Shown piece by piece: positions 18,902-28,647 of a stretch of 64,000 bases of DNA. The translations under genes and the position numbers were made by a program. Under the pieces are notes generated by a model. The model saw only the letters and a list, made by a program, of their open reading frames with translations. It was not told the DNA's origin and ran no database searches. The stretch is from Candidatus Lustribacter sp. GTDB taxonomy: Bacteria; Vulcanimicrobiota; Vulcanimicrobiia; Vulcanimicrobiales; Vulcanimicrobiaceae. The stretch covers positions 2,176,001-2,240,000 of the forward strand of contig OZ255842.1 of NCBI GenBank assembly GCA_965277805.1, given 5' to 3'. Position 1 is the stretch's first letter; each line of letters begins with the position of its first letter.

Positions 18902-19373
18902 GGAGCGCCAATTGCGTCTTCTTGCTGGCAATTTTCCAACCCTCAGAAGTTTTCTTGTGAATTTCAACGGTTGGAAATACTGCCACGATCCCCTTCGTCT
19001 GCCCGGGCTTGCCGTCTTTGCCGCGCGCACCCGGAATGACGCACGTCAGGGCGCGCACTTCGGCCGTATCCGCGTCGATGATGTTGACCTCGATATTGTT
19101 CACGAGATGGAACACCATGCGGTCTTCCTGCGGAATCGCCGGGTTCCCGCGTTCCGGCAACTTGTTCACGTGCGCCGCGATCTCTGCGCGCCCCGTAAAC
19201 GCCGACTCATCGCCGTCACGGTACCACATGCCGTCCTCGGCAAAGATTGCGGCGGCTTCATCACCGCGCACGCCGTCGAGCCGGTTGTAGAACCGAATCG
19301 TATTCTGCGCGCACTCCCACTCGATTGCGTGGCGCTCGGCCAGCGTCAAGCTCACGCGATCAACCGGCGGCAA
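18891..19373 (-). CDS. SnoaL/NTF2-like protein
   Basis: IFAEDGMW, GRAEI, HLVNNIEV, EGWKIAS motifs. Confidence 0.8.
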   Translation of the reverse strand: MPPVDRVSLTLAERHAIEWECAQNTIRFYNRLDGVRGDEAAAIFAEDGMWYRDGDESAFTGRAEIAAHVNKLPERGNPAIPQEDRMVFHLVNNIEVNIIDADTAEVRALTCVIPGARGKDGKPGQTKGIVAVFPTVEIHKKTSEGWKIASKKTQLALRVG

Positions 19374-20661
19374 CGGCGGCGCGCTCCGCGATCAAATGGA
19401 CGAGATCGGTGTTCGGAATCGATTCCTCAGCCAGCACATCGAACGAGCAGAGCAGCCGGTAGTCGTTCTTGTTCGGATCGCGCAGCACGCCGAGCGGCTC
19501 GCGCCCGGCCTTGACGTCCTCGATCGCCTTGAGCATCAGCTTGCGGGCCGCGAGCAGCGCCACGTCCGTCGTGGCTAGATGCTCGCGCGTCCGGTTCTGA
19601 ATCGGCCCTTGGCTTTCGGTCGCAAACGCATCGTGCGTGTTGAAGTTCGGCCCCATGCCGGTGTAGTTTTGGTTCATCGTGCTGCGGTCTTGCAGATAGC
19701 GATTGGACTTCTTGCGCGCCAAGCGAAACTCCGACTCGTATTCGTTGGAACTCCGGCTGCGCACCACGCGGCTGGTTGAATCCAGCGGCGCGTCGCGGCG
19801 CAATGCGAAGTGCCAGCGCCAATGCGTGTAGTCGTCGATCGGCACGTGCCAGATCCCGATGTGCCCGTCGCCGCCCTGCGGCCCCGCGATCACGGAGAAA
19901 TTCGGCATGCCGAAGATCGTCACGCGCACGTACTTGCGGCCGTCGCCGCCCGAGCGCAATTGGAAGATGCGCATGCCGAAATCCGTATTCTCGGTCTCGA
20001 GGCGTGGCGTTTCTTCGGGCTCGATCAGCGCCTCATCCGTCTCCGGCACGCCGACGCGATGCAAGTTCCCGAACTTCAGTCCCGGTTTGCGATCGGCTTC
20101 AAAAGAACGGTGCAAAAAACCAACGTGCCCCGGATCGTAGTTCCCTTCGTTCGCCTGCAAGTAATTGCAGTCGACGAACACTTTCGCAGCGTGCAGATGC
20201 TCGCCCGGATACGTGAAGAAATCGTAGTTGGGAAACTCGGGCGGCTCGCCCTCACCCATGTATGCGAAAAACGCGCCGGCCTTCTCCACCACCGGATACG
20301 CGCGCTGCCGAACCTTCGACTTGAACGTGCTCTCCTTCGGCTCGGCCGGCTGATCCAAACAGCAGCCCGTCACGTCATACAGCCAGCCGTGGTAAAGACA
20401 GCGCAATCCACCATCTTCAAGCCGCCCGTACGACAGATCGGTGCCGCGATGGCAGCAGTGCCGGTCGAGCAGCCCGAGCCGACCCTGGTCGTCGCGGAAG
20501 AGCACCAGCTCCTCACCCATCACGTCAACCGAAACCGGCGCCCCACCCACCGGCAACTCCGTTGATAGCGCGACCGGTTGCCAATAACTCCGCAACAGCT
20601 TCCCGCCCGGGGTCCCGGCCGAAGTCCGAGTAAGCGCATCATTCTGTTCTTGCGTCAGCAT
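19360..20661 (-). CDS. Rieske oxygenase alpha subunit (phthalate 4,5-dioxygenase/LigXa family)
   Basis: CCHRG...CLYHGW Rieske motif, EGNYDPGHVGFLH Fe site. Confidence 0.92.
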   Translation of the reverse strand: MLTQEQNDALTRTSAGTPGGKLLRSYWQPVALSTELPVGGAPVSVDVMGEELVLFRDDQGRLGLLDRHCCHRGTDLSYGRLEDGGLRCLYHGWLYDVTGCCLDQPAEPKESTFKSKVRQRAYPVVEKAGAFFAYMGEGEPPEFPNYDFFTYPGEHLHAAKVFVDCNYLQANEGNYDPGHVGFLHRSFEADRKPGLKFGNLHRVGVPETDEALIEPEETPRLETENTDFGMRIFQLRSGGDGRKYVRVTIFGMPNFSVIAGPQGGDGHIGIWHVPIDDYTHWRWHFALRRDAPLDSTSRVVRSRSSNEYESEFRLARKKSNRYLQDRSTMNQNYTGMGPNFNTHDAFATESQGPIQNRTREHLATTDVALLAARKLMLKAIEDVKAGREPLGVLRDPNKNDYRLLCSFDVLAEESIPNTDLVHLIAERAAVAAG

Positions 20662-20690
20662 CCCGCCGATTTCGATCAACCATTAATCAA

Positions 20691-20777
20691 GTCATCCCGA
20701 GCTCGTCGAGGGACCGCCACCAACCTTTTGTCACCCCGAGCAAAGCGCCGAAGGGCGCGCCGTCGAGGGGCCGCCAC
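20691..20777 (+). repeat. Tandem pair of REP-like palindromes (short 20691-20720, long 20729-20777)
   Basis: GTCATCCCGAGCTCGTCGAGGGACCGCC and TGTCACCCCGAGCAAAGCGCCGAAGGGCGCGCCGTCGAGGGGCCGCC. Confidence 0.88.
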
Positions 20778-20799
20778 CCATCTCGCCAACCACGGCAGC

Positions 20800-21741
20800 A
20801 TGAACCGCGACAAGCTGATCAAGTCAGCCCTCGCCACAGCCGTGGCCGGCGCCGTGCCGCGCATCGCCCGGGCCCAGACGCGCACCCAAATGCACGTCGC
20901 GACGCTCCCAGTGGACGCCGACGCCACCGCCTGGTTCGGCATCGACCAAGGCTTCTTCGCGCAAAACGGCCTCGACGTAACTGTAGAAGTCATCACCAGC
21001 GGAGGCGCGATCGTGGCCGGCGTCGCCGGCGGCGCGCTCGACGTCGGCGTCGCCAGCATCGGCTCGCTCTCCACCGCCCACTCGCACGGCATACCCGTCG
21101 TCGCGCTCGCCCCGGGCGGCCTCTACAACGGCGCCCTTCCCACGAGCGTCCTCGCGGTAGCGCAAAACTCGCCGCTCCGCACCGCCAAGGACCTCACCGG
21201 CAAGATCATCGCAATCCAAACCCTCGGCGAACTCGCATCATTCTCAATCTCATCCTGGATCGACCACAACGGCGGCGACGCCAAATCCGTGAAGTTCGTC
21301 GAAATCCCCACGTCGTCCATGACCGACGCCATAACGAAGGGCCGCGTCGACGCAGCCTTCATCGCCGAGCCGTTCTACTCACTCGGAAAACCCGCCATCC
21401 GTTTCTTCGCGCCGACCTACGACGGCGTGGCAAAACGCTTTCTCATTAGCGCCTGGGTCGCACGCCGCGAATGGATCGCACAAAACCCCGACATCGCCGC
21501 AAAATTCGTCGCCGCGATGCGCACCGCCGCCGTCTGGGGAAACCAAACCGCGAACCTCACGGCATCCGGCGCGATCCTCGGGAAATACACGCACATCGCG
21601 CCCGACACGATCGCCAAAATGCAACGCGCCCAATTCGCAACGCAACTCGATCCTGCGCTCATCCAACCCGTCATCGACGTCTCAGCCCAATTCGGCGTCA
21701 TCCCGAAAGCCTTTCCAGCCTCGGAGATCATCGCCAAATGA
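20800..21741 (+). CDS. NitT/TauT solute-binding protein, orphan
   Basis: MNRDKLIKSALATA signal; GFFAQNGLDV, AKDLTGK motifs. Confidence 0.88.
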   Translation: MNRDKLIKSALATAVAGAVPRIARAQTRTQMHVATLPVDADATAWFGIDQGFFAQNGLDVTVEVITSGGAIVAGVAGGALDVGVASIGSLSTAHSHGIPVVALAPGGLYNGALPTSVLAVAQNSPLRTAKDLTGKIIAIQTLGELASFSISSWIDHNGGDAKSVKFVEIPTSSMTDAITKGRVDAAFIAEPFYSLGKPAIRFFAPTYDGVAKRFLISAWVARREWIAQNPDIAAKFVAAMRTAAVWGNQTANLTASGAILGKYTHIAPDTIAKMQRAQFATQLDPALIQPVIDVSAQFGVIPKAFPASEIIAK

Positions 21742-21759
21742 ACGTGAGCCACCGGCTCC

Positions 21760-23448
21760 TTAGACACCACCGAAGCGTAGGCGGTTGAAACTGATCATCT
21801 GCACGAGCGGATCCGCACGATCGCCGCTCGCCGCGCGATCGACCAGCACGTTCACGACGGCCGTCTTCCCCCCGCGCACCGCCGCTAACGCCCGATCGAA
21901 GGCGGGGCCGACATCCGCGGGCGTCGGGGCAAACTCGCCGTCACATTCCAATCCTCGCGCAACGACGTCATACCGGCTCTGATTCATATCCACTCCGGTC
22001 GTGCCGTTGAATAACCGCAGCGTAATGTTGCGGCTCGAACCCCACGTGCCATCGTTCGCCACCATCACGAAGATAGGCAGCCTGTGGAGCGACGCGGTCG
22101 CAAGTTCGGCGAGATACTGTCCGAACGCACCGTCGCCGGTCCCGAGATACACGTGACGCGAGCTACCGTCTTCCTGAAACGCCGCCGCCGCGCCGATCGC
22201 AAACGGTAAGCCCATTCCCATCGCCCCGAACGGTTCGTGATCCAGAAATCCGGGCGACGATTGAATCCGCAGCGTCGCCTTATACCAGTTGTTGCAATTC
22301 GCGCCGTCGCCGACAAACAGCGCGTCCGGAGCCATGCGCGCGGCAAGTTCGCGCGCCATGCGCAGAGGATGCACTTGCCCCTCGTCGGATTTTCCCAAGC
22401 TCGCGATCTTCGCCACGCGCGGCGCAATGGCGGCCTTCGCCCAACTCCCGTCCCACGCAGCGGCCTTCGCTGCAACCAAATCGTCTCGCAGCGCCTCGAG
22501 CGCGAGCCGCGTGTCGCCCGCCATCGGCGCTTCAACCACGCGGTTGCGTCCGATCTCTGCCGCAGTGTTCGTAATCTGAATGTACGCCGCGTCGACTGCA
22601 AAGAACGGCGGCGCGGCAAACCCGATACCGCCCTCGAGCCGTCCGCCGGCAAAAATGACGACGTCCGCTTCGCGCGCGCAGATGCTCCCCATCGGCCAGC
22701 CGAACACGGTCTCAAAATCTTCGGGAATGAGTCCGCGGCTCGGGCCCTGCAGCAACACCGGAATGCCGAACTCGCGATTGAGCTGCGATAAAACGTCGCC
22801 CGCATGCGACCAATACGCCCCGCGTCCCGCTACGATGAGCGGTCGCTTCGCCTTCGCCAACAACGCCGATGCACGGGCCACGTCTTCCGGCGCCGGACGC
22901 GGTTCGCGCGCGCGAATCACCGGCCCGAGCGAACGCGCCGCCACGGCTTCATCCACTTCCGCCGTCGCAACGTCACGCGGAATCTCAAGCAGCACGGGGC
23001 CCGGGTCGCCGGAGAGCGCGATCCGCGCCGCCATCTCGACGTACTCGCCGAGCCGGTTCGCATCGTGCACGACTTGCGACCACTTCGTCACCGAGCGCAC
23101 CAGCCGCGCATGATCGAGCTCTTGCTGCGGGCGCGCATCGAGCATCGCAAACGGGTTCCGTCCCGCGAAGACGATCAGCGGCGTCCCGGCATCGTTGGCC
23201 GATGCGATCCCGCCGACCGCGTTCGCCAGTCCCGGCCCCGATGTTACGCACGCGACCCCAAGCGAACGCCGCGTCGTCGCGTACCCATCGGCCGCGAGCA
23301 CCACCGCGCTCTCGTGGCGCATGTGCAGCAGCCGCATGCCGCGCCGGTCGACCGCCCCGAAGAACGATTCGAGGTGTCCGGGCAAACCGAACACCGTCCG
23401 AACGCCTTGGCGCTCCACCGCCGCCGCCATCAGGTCCGCTCCAAGCAT
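21760..23448 (-). CDS. ThDP-dependent enzyme (acetolactate synthase/benzaldehyde lyase-like)
   Basis: VFGLPG, MRHE, TSGPG, GDGAFG...NDG; GAGGAG RBS before ATG 23448. Confidence 0.9.
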   Translation of the reverse strand: MLGADLMAAAVERQGVRTVFGLPGHLESFFGAVDRRGMRLLHMRHESAVVLAADGYATTRRSLGVACVTSGPGLANAVGGIASANDAGTPLIVFAGRNPFAMLDARPQQELDHARLVRSVTKWSQVVHDANRLGEYVEMAARIALSGDPGPVLLEIPRDVATAEVDEAVAARSLGPVIRAREPRPAPEDVARASALLAKAKRPLIVAGRGAYWSHAGDVLSQLNREFGIPVLLQGPSRGLIPEDFETVFGWPMGSICAREADVVIFAGGRLEGGIGFAAPPFFAVDAAYIQITNTAAEIGRNRVVEAPMAGDTRLALEALRDDLVAAKAAAWDGSWAKAAIAPRVAKIASLGKSDEGQVHPLRMARELAARMAPDALFVGDGANCNNWYKATLRIQSSPGFLDHEPFGAMGMGLPFAIGAAAAFQEDGSSRHVYLGTGDGAFGQYLAELATASLHRLPIFVMVANDGTWGSSRNITLRLFNGTTGVDMNQSRYDVVARGLECDGEFAPTPADVGPAFDRALAAVRGGKTAVVNVLVDRAASGDRADPLVQMISFNRLRFGGV

Positions 23449-23482
23449 TATTTCTCCTCGGGAAGGGCGAATGGGTCGTTCA

Positions 23483-23968
23483 ATGAGTAAACGAGCTTCC
23501 CTCGACATTCGGCAAATGCGGAACGAAGATTTTCTCAGCTACAAGATCAGCGTCCTCAGCCGCATCCTCGACCGCGGGGTCGACAAGAAGCTGCTGACCG
23601 GCCTGAACCTGCCGCTCACCTCGCTGCGCATCCTCGGCCACCTCCACGCGCACGGCGAAGGCCGCGTGCTCGCCATCGCGCGCAACATGCATCTGCTCGG
23701 TTCGCAGATCAGCCAGAGCATGACCGAGCTCGTCAACTACGGCCACGTCGCAAAGAAGCCCGACCCAACCGACAAGCGCGGCACGCTGTTCCGTCTCACC
23801 CCGAAGGGCCGCCGGCTCTACGAAGGCGTCTTGGCCCGGGCGCAAGCCAAGCAAGAAACCGTGGCCGAGGTGATCGGTCCCGCCAACTATGCCCTCGTGA
23901 GCGACTGCCTCGACGCGCTGATCGCGCACTACGGAGCCCCCGGAGCAGCCGTCCTCGAGTCCGCGTAG
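23483..23968 (+). CDS. MarR family regulator
   Basis: DPTDKRGTLFRLTPKG wing motif. Confidence 0.88.
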   Translation: MSKRASLDIRQMRNEDFLSYKISVLSRILDRGVDKKLLTGLNLPLTSLRILGHLHAHGEGRVLAIARNMHLLGSQISQSMTELVNYGHVAKKPDPTDKRGTLFRLTPKGRRLYEGVLARAQAKQETVAEVIGPANYALVSDCLDALIAHYGAPGAAVLESA

Positions 23969-23980
23969 AAGACCATCCGC

Positions 23981-25270
23981 ATGGCCCTGACCCAGACACA
24001 GCAGCAAACCCTCATTGAAACCGGCCGCGGCACGCCGATGGGCGAGCTCTTCCGCCGCTATTGGATCCCGGCGATGCTCTCGTGGGAACTCCCCGAGCCC
24101 GATTGCGACCCGGTGCAGATCCGCTTGATGGGCGAAGACTTACTCGGTTTTCGCGACACCGCCGGCAACCTCGGCCTCGTGCAAGAATTCTGCCCGCACC
24201 GCGGCGTCTCGCTCTTCTACGGACGCAACGAAGAGTGCGGCATCCGCTGCTCCTATCACGGGTGGAAGTTCGACGTGAACGGCACCTGCGTCGACATGCC
24301 GTCCGAACCCGACGAGAGCAGCTTCAAAGATAAGGTGCGACTGACGGCTTACCGGCTGATCGAACAGGGCGGCGTGCTGTGGGCGTACATGGGCCCGCCC
24401 GAACTCGAACCGCCGCTGCCGCAACTCGAGTGGTCGCTGCTGCCGCCCGCCAATCGCTACGTCTCCAAGCGCATTCAGGAGTGCAACTACCTGCAAGCGC
24501 TCGAGGGCGGGATCGACTCGAGCCACGTCTCAACGCTGCACCGCTTCAACCTCGACGACGATCCGATGCACGTAGGCGCGCACGGCAACGTCTTCCTCAA
24601 AGCCGACACGCGGCCGAAGTTCGAAGTGCAAGATTCCAAGAGCGGCTTACTCATCGGCGCGCGCCGCAATGCGGATGCGCAGAACGACTACTGGCGCATC
24701 ACGCCGTTCATCATGCCGTGGTACACGATCATCCCGCCGTTCGGCGCTAACGTAATCGGCGCGCACGCGTTCGTTCCGATGGACGACGAAAATTGCTGGA
24801 CGTGGAGCATCAACTACGATCCGGCCCGCGAACTCACCAAAGAGGAAGTCGCCGCAATGGATGCGGGCATGGGCATTCACGTCGAGTACGTTCCCGGCAC
24901 GTTCCGCCCGAAGGCCAACCGCGACAACCACTACCTCATCGACCGCAGCGCGCAGCGCGGCAAGAAATCGTTCAGCGGCGTCAAGGGCATTTCGATGCAA
25001 GACGCCTCGCTGCAAGAGAGCATGGGCCGCATCGTCGACCGCACGACCGAACGGCTCGGAACGAGCGACGCCGCGATCATCGCCGCGCGCCGCACGCTCC
25101 TGCGCGCCGCGGAAGAACTCGTGGAAGGCGGCCCGCCGCCGATCGCGACCGAGCCCGAAGCGCAGTACGTCCGTTCCGCGTCGATCCTGATTCCGAAGGG
25201 CGTTCCGTTCGCCGAAGGCGCCGCCGAAGCACTCCGCGCCGCCCCCGGCAAACCGTTCGTCAGCGTCTAG
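23981..25270 (+). CDS. Rieske oxygenase alpha subunit (LigXa/phthalate 4,5-dioxygenase family)
   Basis: CPHRG...CSYHGW, EGGIDSSHVSTLH, QDASLQESMG. Confidence 0.93.
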   Translation: MALTQTQQQTLIETGRGTPMGELFRRYWIPAMLSWELPEPDCDPVQIRLMGEDLLGFRDTAGNLGLVQEFCPHRGVSLFYGRNEECGIRCSYHGWKFDVNGTCVDMPSEPDESSFKDKVRLTAYRLIEQGGVLWAYMGPPELEPPLPQLEWSLLPPANRYVSKRIQECNYLQALEGGIDSSHVSTLHRFNLDDDPMHVGAHGNVFLKADTRPKFEVQDSKSGLLIGARRNADAQNDYWRITPFIMPWYTIIPPFGANVIGAHAFVPMDDENCWTWSINYDPARELTKEEVAAMDAGMGIHVEYVPGTFRPKANRDNHYLIDRSAQRGKKSFSGVKGISMQDASLQESMGRIVDRTTERLGTSDAAIIAARRTLLRAAEELVEGGPPPIATEPEAQYVRSASILIPKGVPFAEGAAEALRAAPGKPFVSV

Positions 25271-25707
25271 TCCCGAAATGCGTTGATCGCATGAGCGAGT
25301 TCCGTGCGCAGGGCCGTCACGTCGATTGCCAGTGCACCATCCTCGCCCACCTCGAGCGGGACGGCGAATTCGTGCTGGAGGTGCGGCTGCGCATCGAGCC
25401 GCGCGACCTCGCAATGCCCTTGCAAATGATAGCAGCACTCAGCTGAAGCATCGAAGTCGCTGCGCAAATAGAGCGTGATCTCGGCCAGCAGCGACGGCTC
25501 GACGCGCTGCGCCGAAATATGCACCGTACCGCTTTCAGTGATGCCTACTTTAACGATCGGCGCCGTGTCGACGCCGCCGTCGCCATCGAAAAACGGACCG
25601 CTGAACGCGCTGAGAGCCTGGTCGCGCACTTCGGTGAGAATGTCGCGCACGGCGCGTGGATGGGCAGTGCGCGTCTCGAGCTCCGCGCGGGCCGGCGGCT
25701 CTTTCAT
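25267..25707 (-). CDS. Hypothetical protein
   Basis: 146-aa ORF filling the gap; no family recognised. Confidence 0.5.
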   Translation of the reverse strand: MKEPPARAELETRTAHPRAVRDILTEVRDQALSAFSGPFFDGDGGVDTAPIVKVGITESGTVHISAQRVEPSLLAEITLYLRSDFDASAECCYHLQGHCEVARLDAQPHLQHEFAVPLEVGEDGALAIDVTALRTELAHAINAFRD

Positions 25708-25775
25708 AGAACTGCTATATCCGTAAGCTGCGAAAGCATGTCGGCCAGATGGCCAACAACCACAGCGCCGGCCGA

Positions 25776-26654
25776 TCAGCAGTTACATTTGATCGCGAAG
25801 GCACGCTCGTTGCCGAGTAACGACTCGCCCACGCTGGCGTGCGCCGCCATGTGCCGATCGGTAATCTTGATTCCACCGCCCCGGTAAAGTTCTTCCGTGG
25901 CGATCTCCCAGTCGCGATTTCCGTCGACGTCCCACTGAAACGGAAGCGACTTCATCGCCCAGTTGCCCGGATCGAACTCCGGGGCGAGTTCGAGCGTTCG
26001 ACGCAGAATTTCGCGCTGCTGCGCCGCTTCGTGCGGCTTTCCGGCCGGACAGCCTAAAGGGAAATCCAAGAAGCAGGTGCGAGGCGGCTTTACGGCAGCG
26101 CTCATTTCCCAGAGCACGCTCGTGCTGATCGTCGGCAATCCACGAGCCTCTAAAGCACGAGCGATGAGGCCGGTCGCTCGATGACACGCGGGGCAGAACG
26201 GGAGCATTAATACAAGGTCGACTCCCTGCGCGTCGAAGACTGCCTTAATTCGCGGCACCGTCTGTTCCATCAATTCGGTATAGCGCTCGATCGATCCGAC
26301 CATCGAGACGTTCGTGTGGGCGAGCCGCTTGAACATTCCCTCGCGTTCCAACTCTTTCATCCGGTCGATCGGGTAGGCCACGTTCAGGTCCTCCAGGGCC
26401 CACTTGCGCACGAGAGTTTGGTGCGACACCACCAGCCGATCGATCGGCGTATCCCGCGGCAGCAACCGAAACGTTATGTCTTCCGTCTCAAGGAGCGGCG
26501 GGTCTTCGGGGAGTTGCGCGCCGCAACTCACGAATATCCCGATTGTTGATTCCGCCACCGGTTTGCGCAAAGGCACAAGCGTGGGTGGATCAAACTCGGG
26601 CATCGGAATCGATCGCCCTGATTCGGCGAGAAATCGAGAGAAGCTATATGGCAT
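25776..26654 (-). CDS. GrdB/PrdB-like reductase selenoprotein B family protein, Cys-containing homologue
   Basis: DLNVAYPIDR, VDLVLMLPFCPACHRATGLIARALEARGLPT, VKPPR, FPLGCPAG motifs. Confidence 0.75.
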   Translation of the reverse strand: MPYSFSRFLAESGRSIPMPEFDPPTLVPLRKPVAESTIGIFVSCGAQLPEDPPLLETEDITFRLLPRDTPIDRLVVSHQTLVRKWALEDLNVAYPIDRMKELEREGMFKRLAHTNVSMVGSIERYTELMEQTVPRIKAVFDAQGVDLVLMLPFCPACHRATGLIARALEARGLPTISTSVLWEMSAAVKPPRTCFLDFPLGCPAGKPHEAAQQREILRRTLELAPEFDPGNWAMKSLPFQWDVDGNRDWEIATEELYRGGGIKITDRHMAAHASVGESLLGNERAFAIKCNC

Positions 26655-26663
26655 TTTTAGGTT

Positions 26664-27017
26664 TCATCCCGCCACCGGCCGAGCGTTTTGTGCTGCATAC
26701 GTGTCGTGCGATTCGCTGGAACTGTCGATGTGCCGGTCCCAACGCACGAGCGTCGCGTCTCCGAACACGCCTTTTTTGGTGAACGGATCGCCGGCGTGAA
26801 AGTCTTTGACCGCCTTCATCGACGTGGCTTCGAGGATAAAGAAACTACCAACATTCTGATCGCTCGCGTCGCTGCCGCACATCGGTCCGGCCTGGAGGAT
26901 GTGAACGTTCTCGCCCGGGGACAGAAATGGGACCAGATATGCGCGGTGTTCCGACCGCGTTGTGTCGCGTAAAGCGTCCTTCCCTGGGCTGTCAAAACAC
27001 ATTCTAAGGTAGAGCAT
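26664..27017 (-). CDS. YciI family protein
   Basis: R..HRAYL, AGP, GSFFI, DPF motifs. Confidence 0.8.
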   Translation of the reverse strand: MLYLRMCFDSPGKDALRDTTRSEHRAYLVPFLSPGENVHILQAGPMCGSDASDQNVGSFFILEATSMKAVKDFHAGDPFTKKGVFGDATLVRWDRHIDSSSESHDTYAAQNARPVAG

Positions 27018-27055
27018 ATCGCCTCACTTTCTGCAATTAATACTCGAGCGCGTCG

Positions 27056-27439
27056 CTACTGTAGGACAAATTTACCGTCTGAGAACGTAAGCCGGATGGT
27101 GAGCCCGCCTTCATTCACCATCCACGGCCGGACAACGAATGAGCGTGCTCCGCATTTGTGCATCGGATCGCTCGCGGCTAGTTCCTTGGCGTGCGTGAGT
27201 GAGCGCGCGCGAATAACGAACATTCCATCGCCCTCCCACTGCGTCTCATCATCCGTCCAATGTGGACCGGCTGCCACCATGATGCCGTCCGCCTCGATCT
27301 TGCATTGGTGTGCAAGATGCGCCTCGAGGTTTTCCATCACGGGTTCGATCCCGTTTGTGGGAGTACTGAACACGACGTAAAATTGCTTTTGCAGCATGCC
27401 CATACTGGCTTGCATAACATCGTCTTTAGTGACGGGCAT
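27056..27439 (-). CDS. YciI family protein
   Basis: AHLAHQ, AAGP, GMFVIRA, DPMH motifs. Confidence 0.82.
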   Translation of the reverse strand: MPVTKDDVMQASMGMLQKQFYVVFSTPTNGIEPVMENLEAHLAHQCKIEADGIMVAAGPHWTDDETQWEGDGMFVIRARSLTHAKELAASDPMHKCGARSFVVRPWMVNEGGLTIRLTFSDGKFVLQ

Positions 27440-28647
27440 CAGTCCGCACCGCCGCCCTTCGGCAAAAGCCCCTCGGGCCGCTCGAAGTTATGAAGTGGAC
27501 GCCCTTCGGCCAGTGCTTTGAGTTCCTGAGTATAAAGTCGCCGAATCGCGACGACCCCGACGTCCGTCGAGCCGAGATTTTCGATGCCGCGACGGCGATC
27601 GGCGATGACGCCCTGACCCACTTGCACGACTTCGTCCTGCGCGAGCGGCACGTGGTGGCATATTTCGGCGATCTTGTCGTAAGGCAGCTCGCCCCGCAAA
27701 ACCTTCTGCGCTACTTCGTGAGCCTCTGCTTCCGCGTTCGCGAAATCTTTCCAGCGCTTCTTGTACTCCTCGCTGGGCTTGCCGTTCATGAAGGTAGCGA
27801 TGCAATGGACCTGGAGGTGGGAGACATCGTCGACCGGTACCCGATAGTCGAGGAACATCTGCCACGCGGTCTCGTCCGCGTTGCGTTCTTCGCCTTGGCG
27901 TTTGATGTTGTCGGGATGCACGGCGAACATGCAGATGTTGGGCATGCCGAACTGCACGATGCGGTCGTTACCGTCTTGTTTCTTGGCGACCATGCGCAGG
28001 CCCCAAGGCGTTTTCTCGCACGACAGCTCGGGGAGATGCTTCAGATCAAGGCCTTCGAGCGCGGAGCGCTTGTGCGTGAACCAAACGTGAGCTTCGTCCT
28101 GATAGTTCTCGACGTTCTGAAACCAATTGCACGGGCGCGTATCAATCTGCGCCGAGACGAAGGGGGCGTTTTCCCATTCGGGATAGCGGGTAAATTCCGG
28201 CGGTTCGCCTTCGCCGAGATAGACCCAGATGAAGCCGAGATATTCCTGTGTCGCGTATCCACCGATGCGGATGTGGTTGGCGAACCCGGCCCGCTCCATC
28301 GGCTGGTCCACACACTGACCGGTCGGGGCATATGCCCAGCCGTGATACGGGCAGCGGATCACGTCGCCTTCGACCCACCCCGTGCTGAGCATCGCGCCGC
28401 GATGCGCGCAGCGGTTCTCGACGCAATGGACCTGGCCGTCCTGACTGCGATACAGCGCGAGCTTCTGGCTCATGATCGTCAGTGGCTTCGCGGCGCCGGG
28501 CTCAAGGTTGCGACCGCAATAGATGGGGTGCCAGAAACGCCGCAGGTACGTGCCGGCCAAGGTTCCCGGACCGGTGCGGATATAGTCGACCGTGCCGGGA
28601 TCGGTGAACTGCGCGATGTCTAACTCAACGGGTTCCTGTTCGATCAT
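27439..28647 (-). CDS. Rieske oxygenase alpha subunit (VanA/phthalate dioxygenase-like)
   Basis: CAHRG...CPYHGW, ENYQDEAHVWFTH. Confidence 0.9.
   Translation of the reverse strand: MIEQEPVELDIAQFTDPGTVDYIRTGPGTLAGTYLRRFWHPIYCGRNLEPGAAKPLTIMSQKLALYRSQDGQVHCVENRCAHRGAMLSTGWVEGDVIRCPYHGWAYAPTGQCVDQPMERAGFANHIRIGGYATQEYLGFIWVYLGEGEPPEFTRYPEWENAPFVSAQIDTRPCNWFQNVENYQDEAHVWFTHKRSALEGLDLKHLPELSCEKTPWGLRMVAKKQDGNDRIVQFGMPNICMFAVHPDNIKRQGEERNADETAWQMFLDYRVPVDDVSHLQVHCIATFMNGKPSEEYKKRWKDFANAEAEAHEVAQKVLRGELPYDKIAEICHHVPLAQDEVVQVGQGVIADRRRGIENLGSTDVGVVAIRRLYTQELKALAEGRPLHNFERPEGLLPKGGGAD

Noticed and set aside
25776-26654. Selenoprotein with UGA read-through
   Set aside because: The ORF has no internal TGA; the equivalent position is a Cys codon
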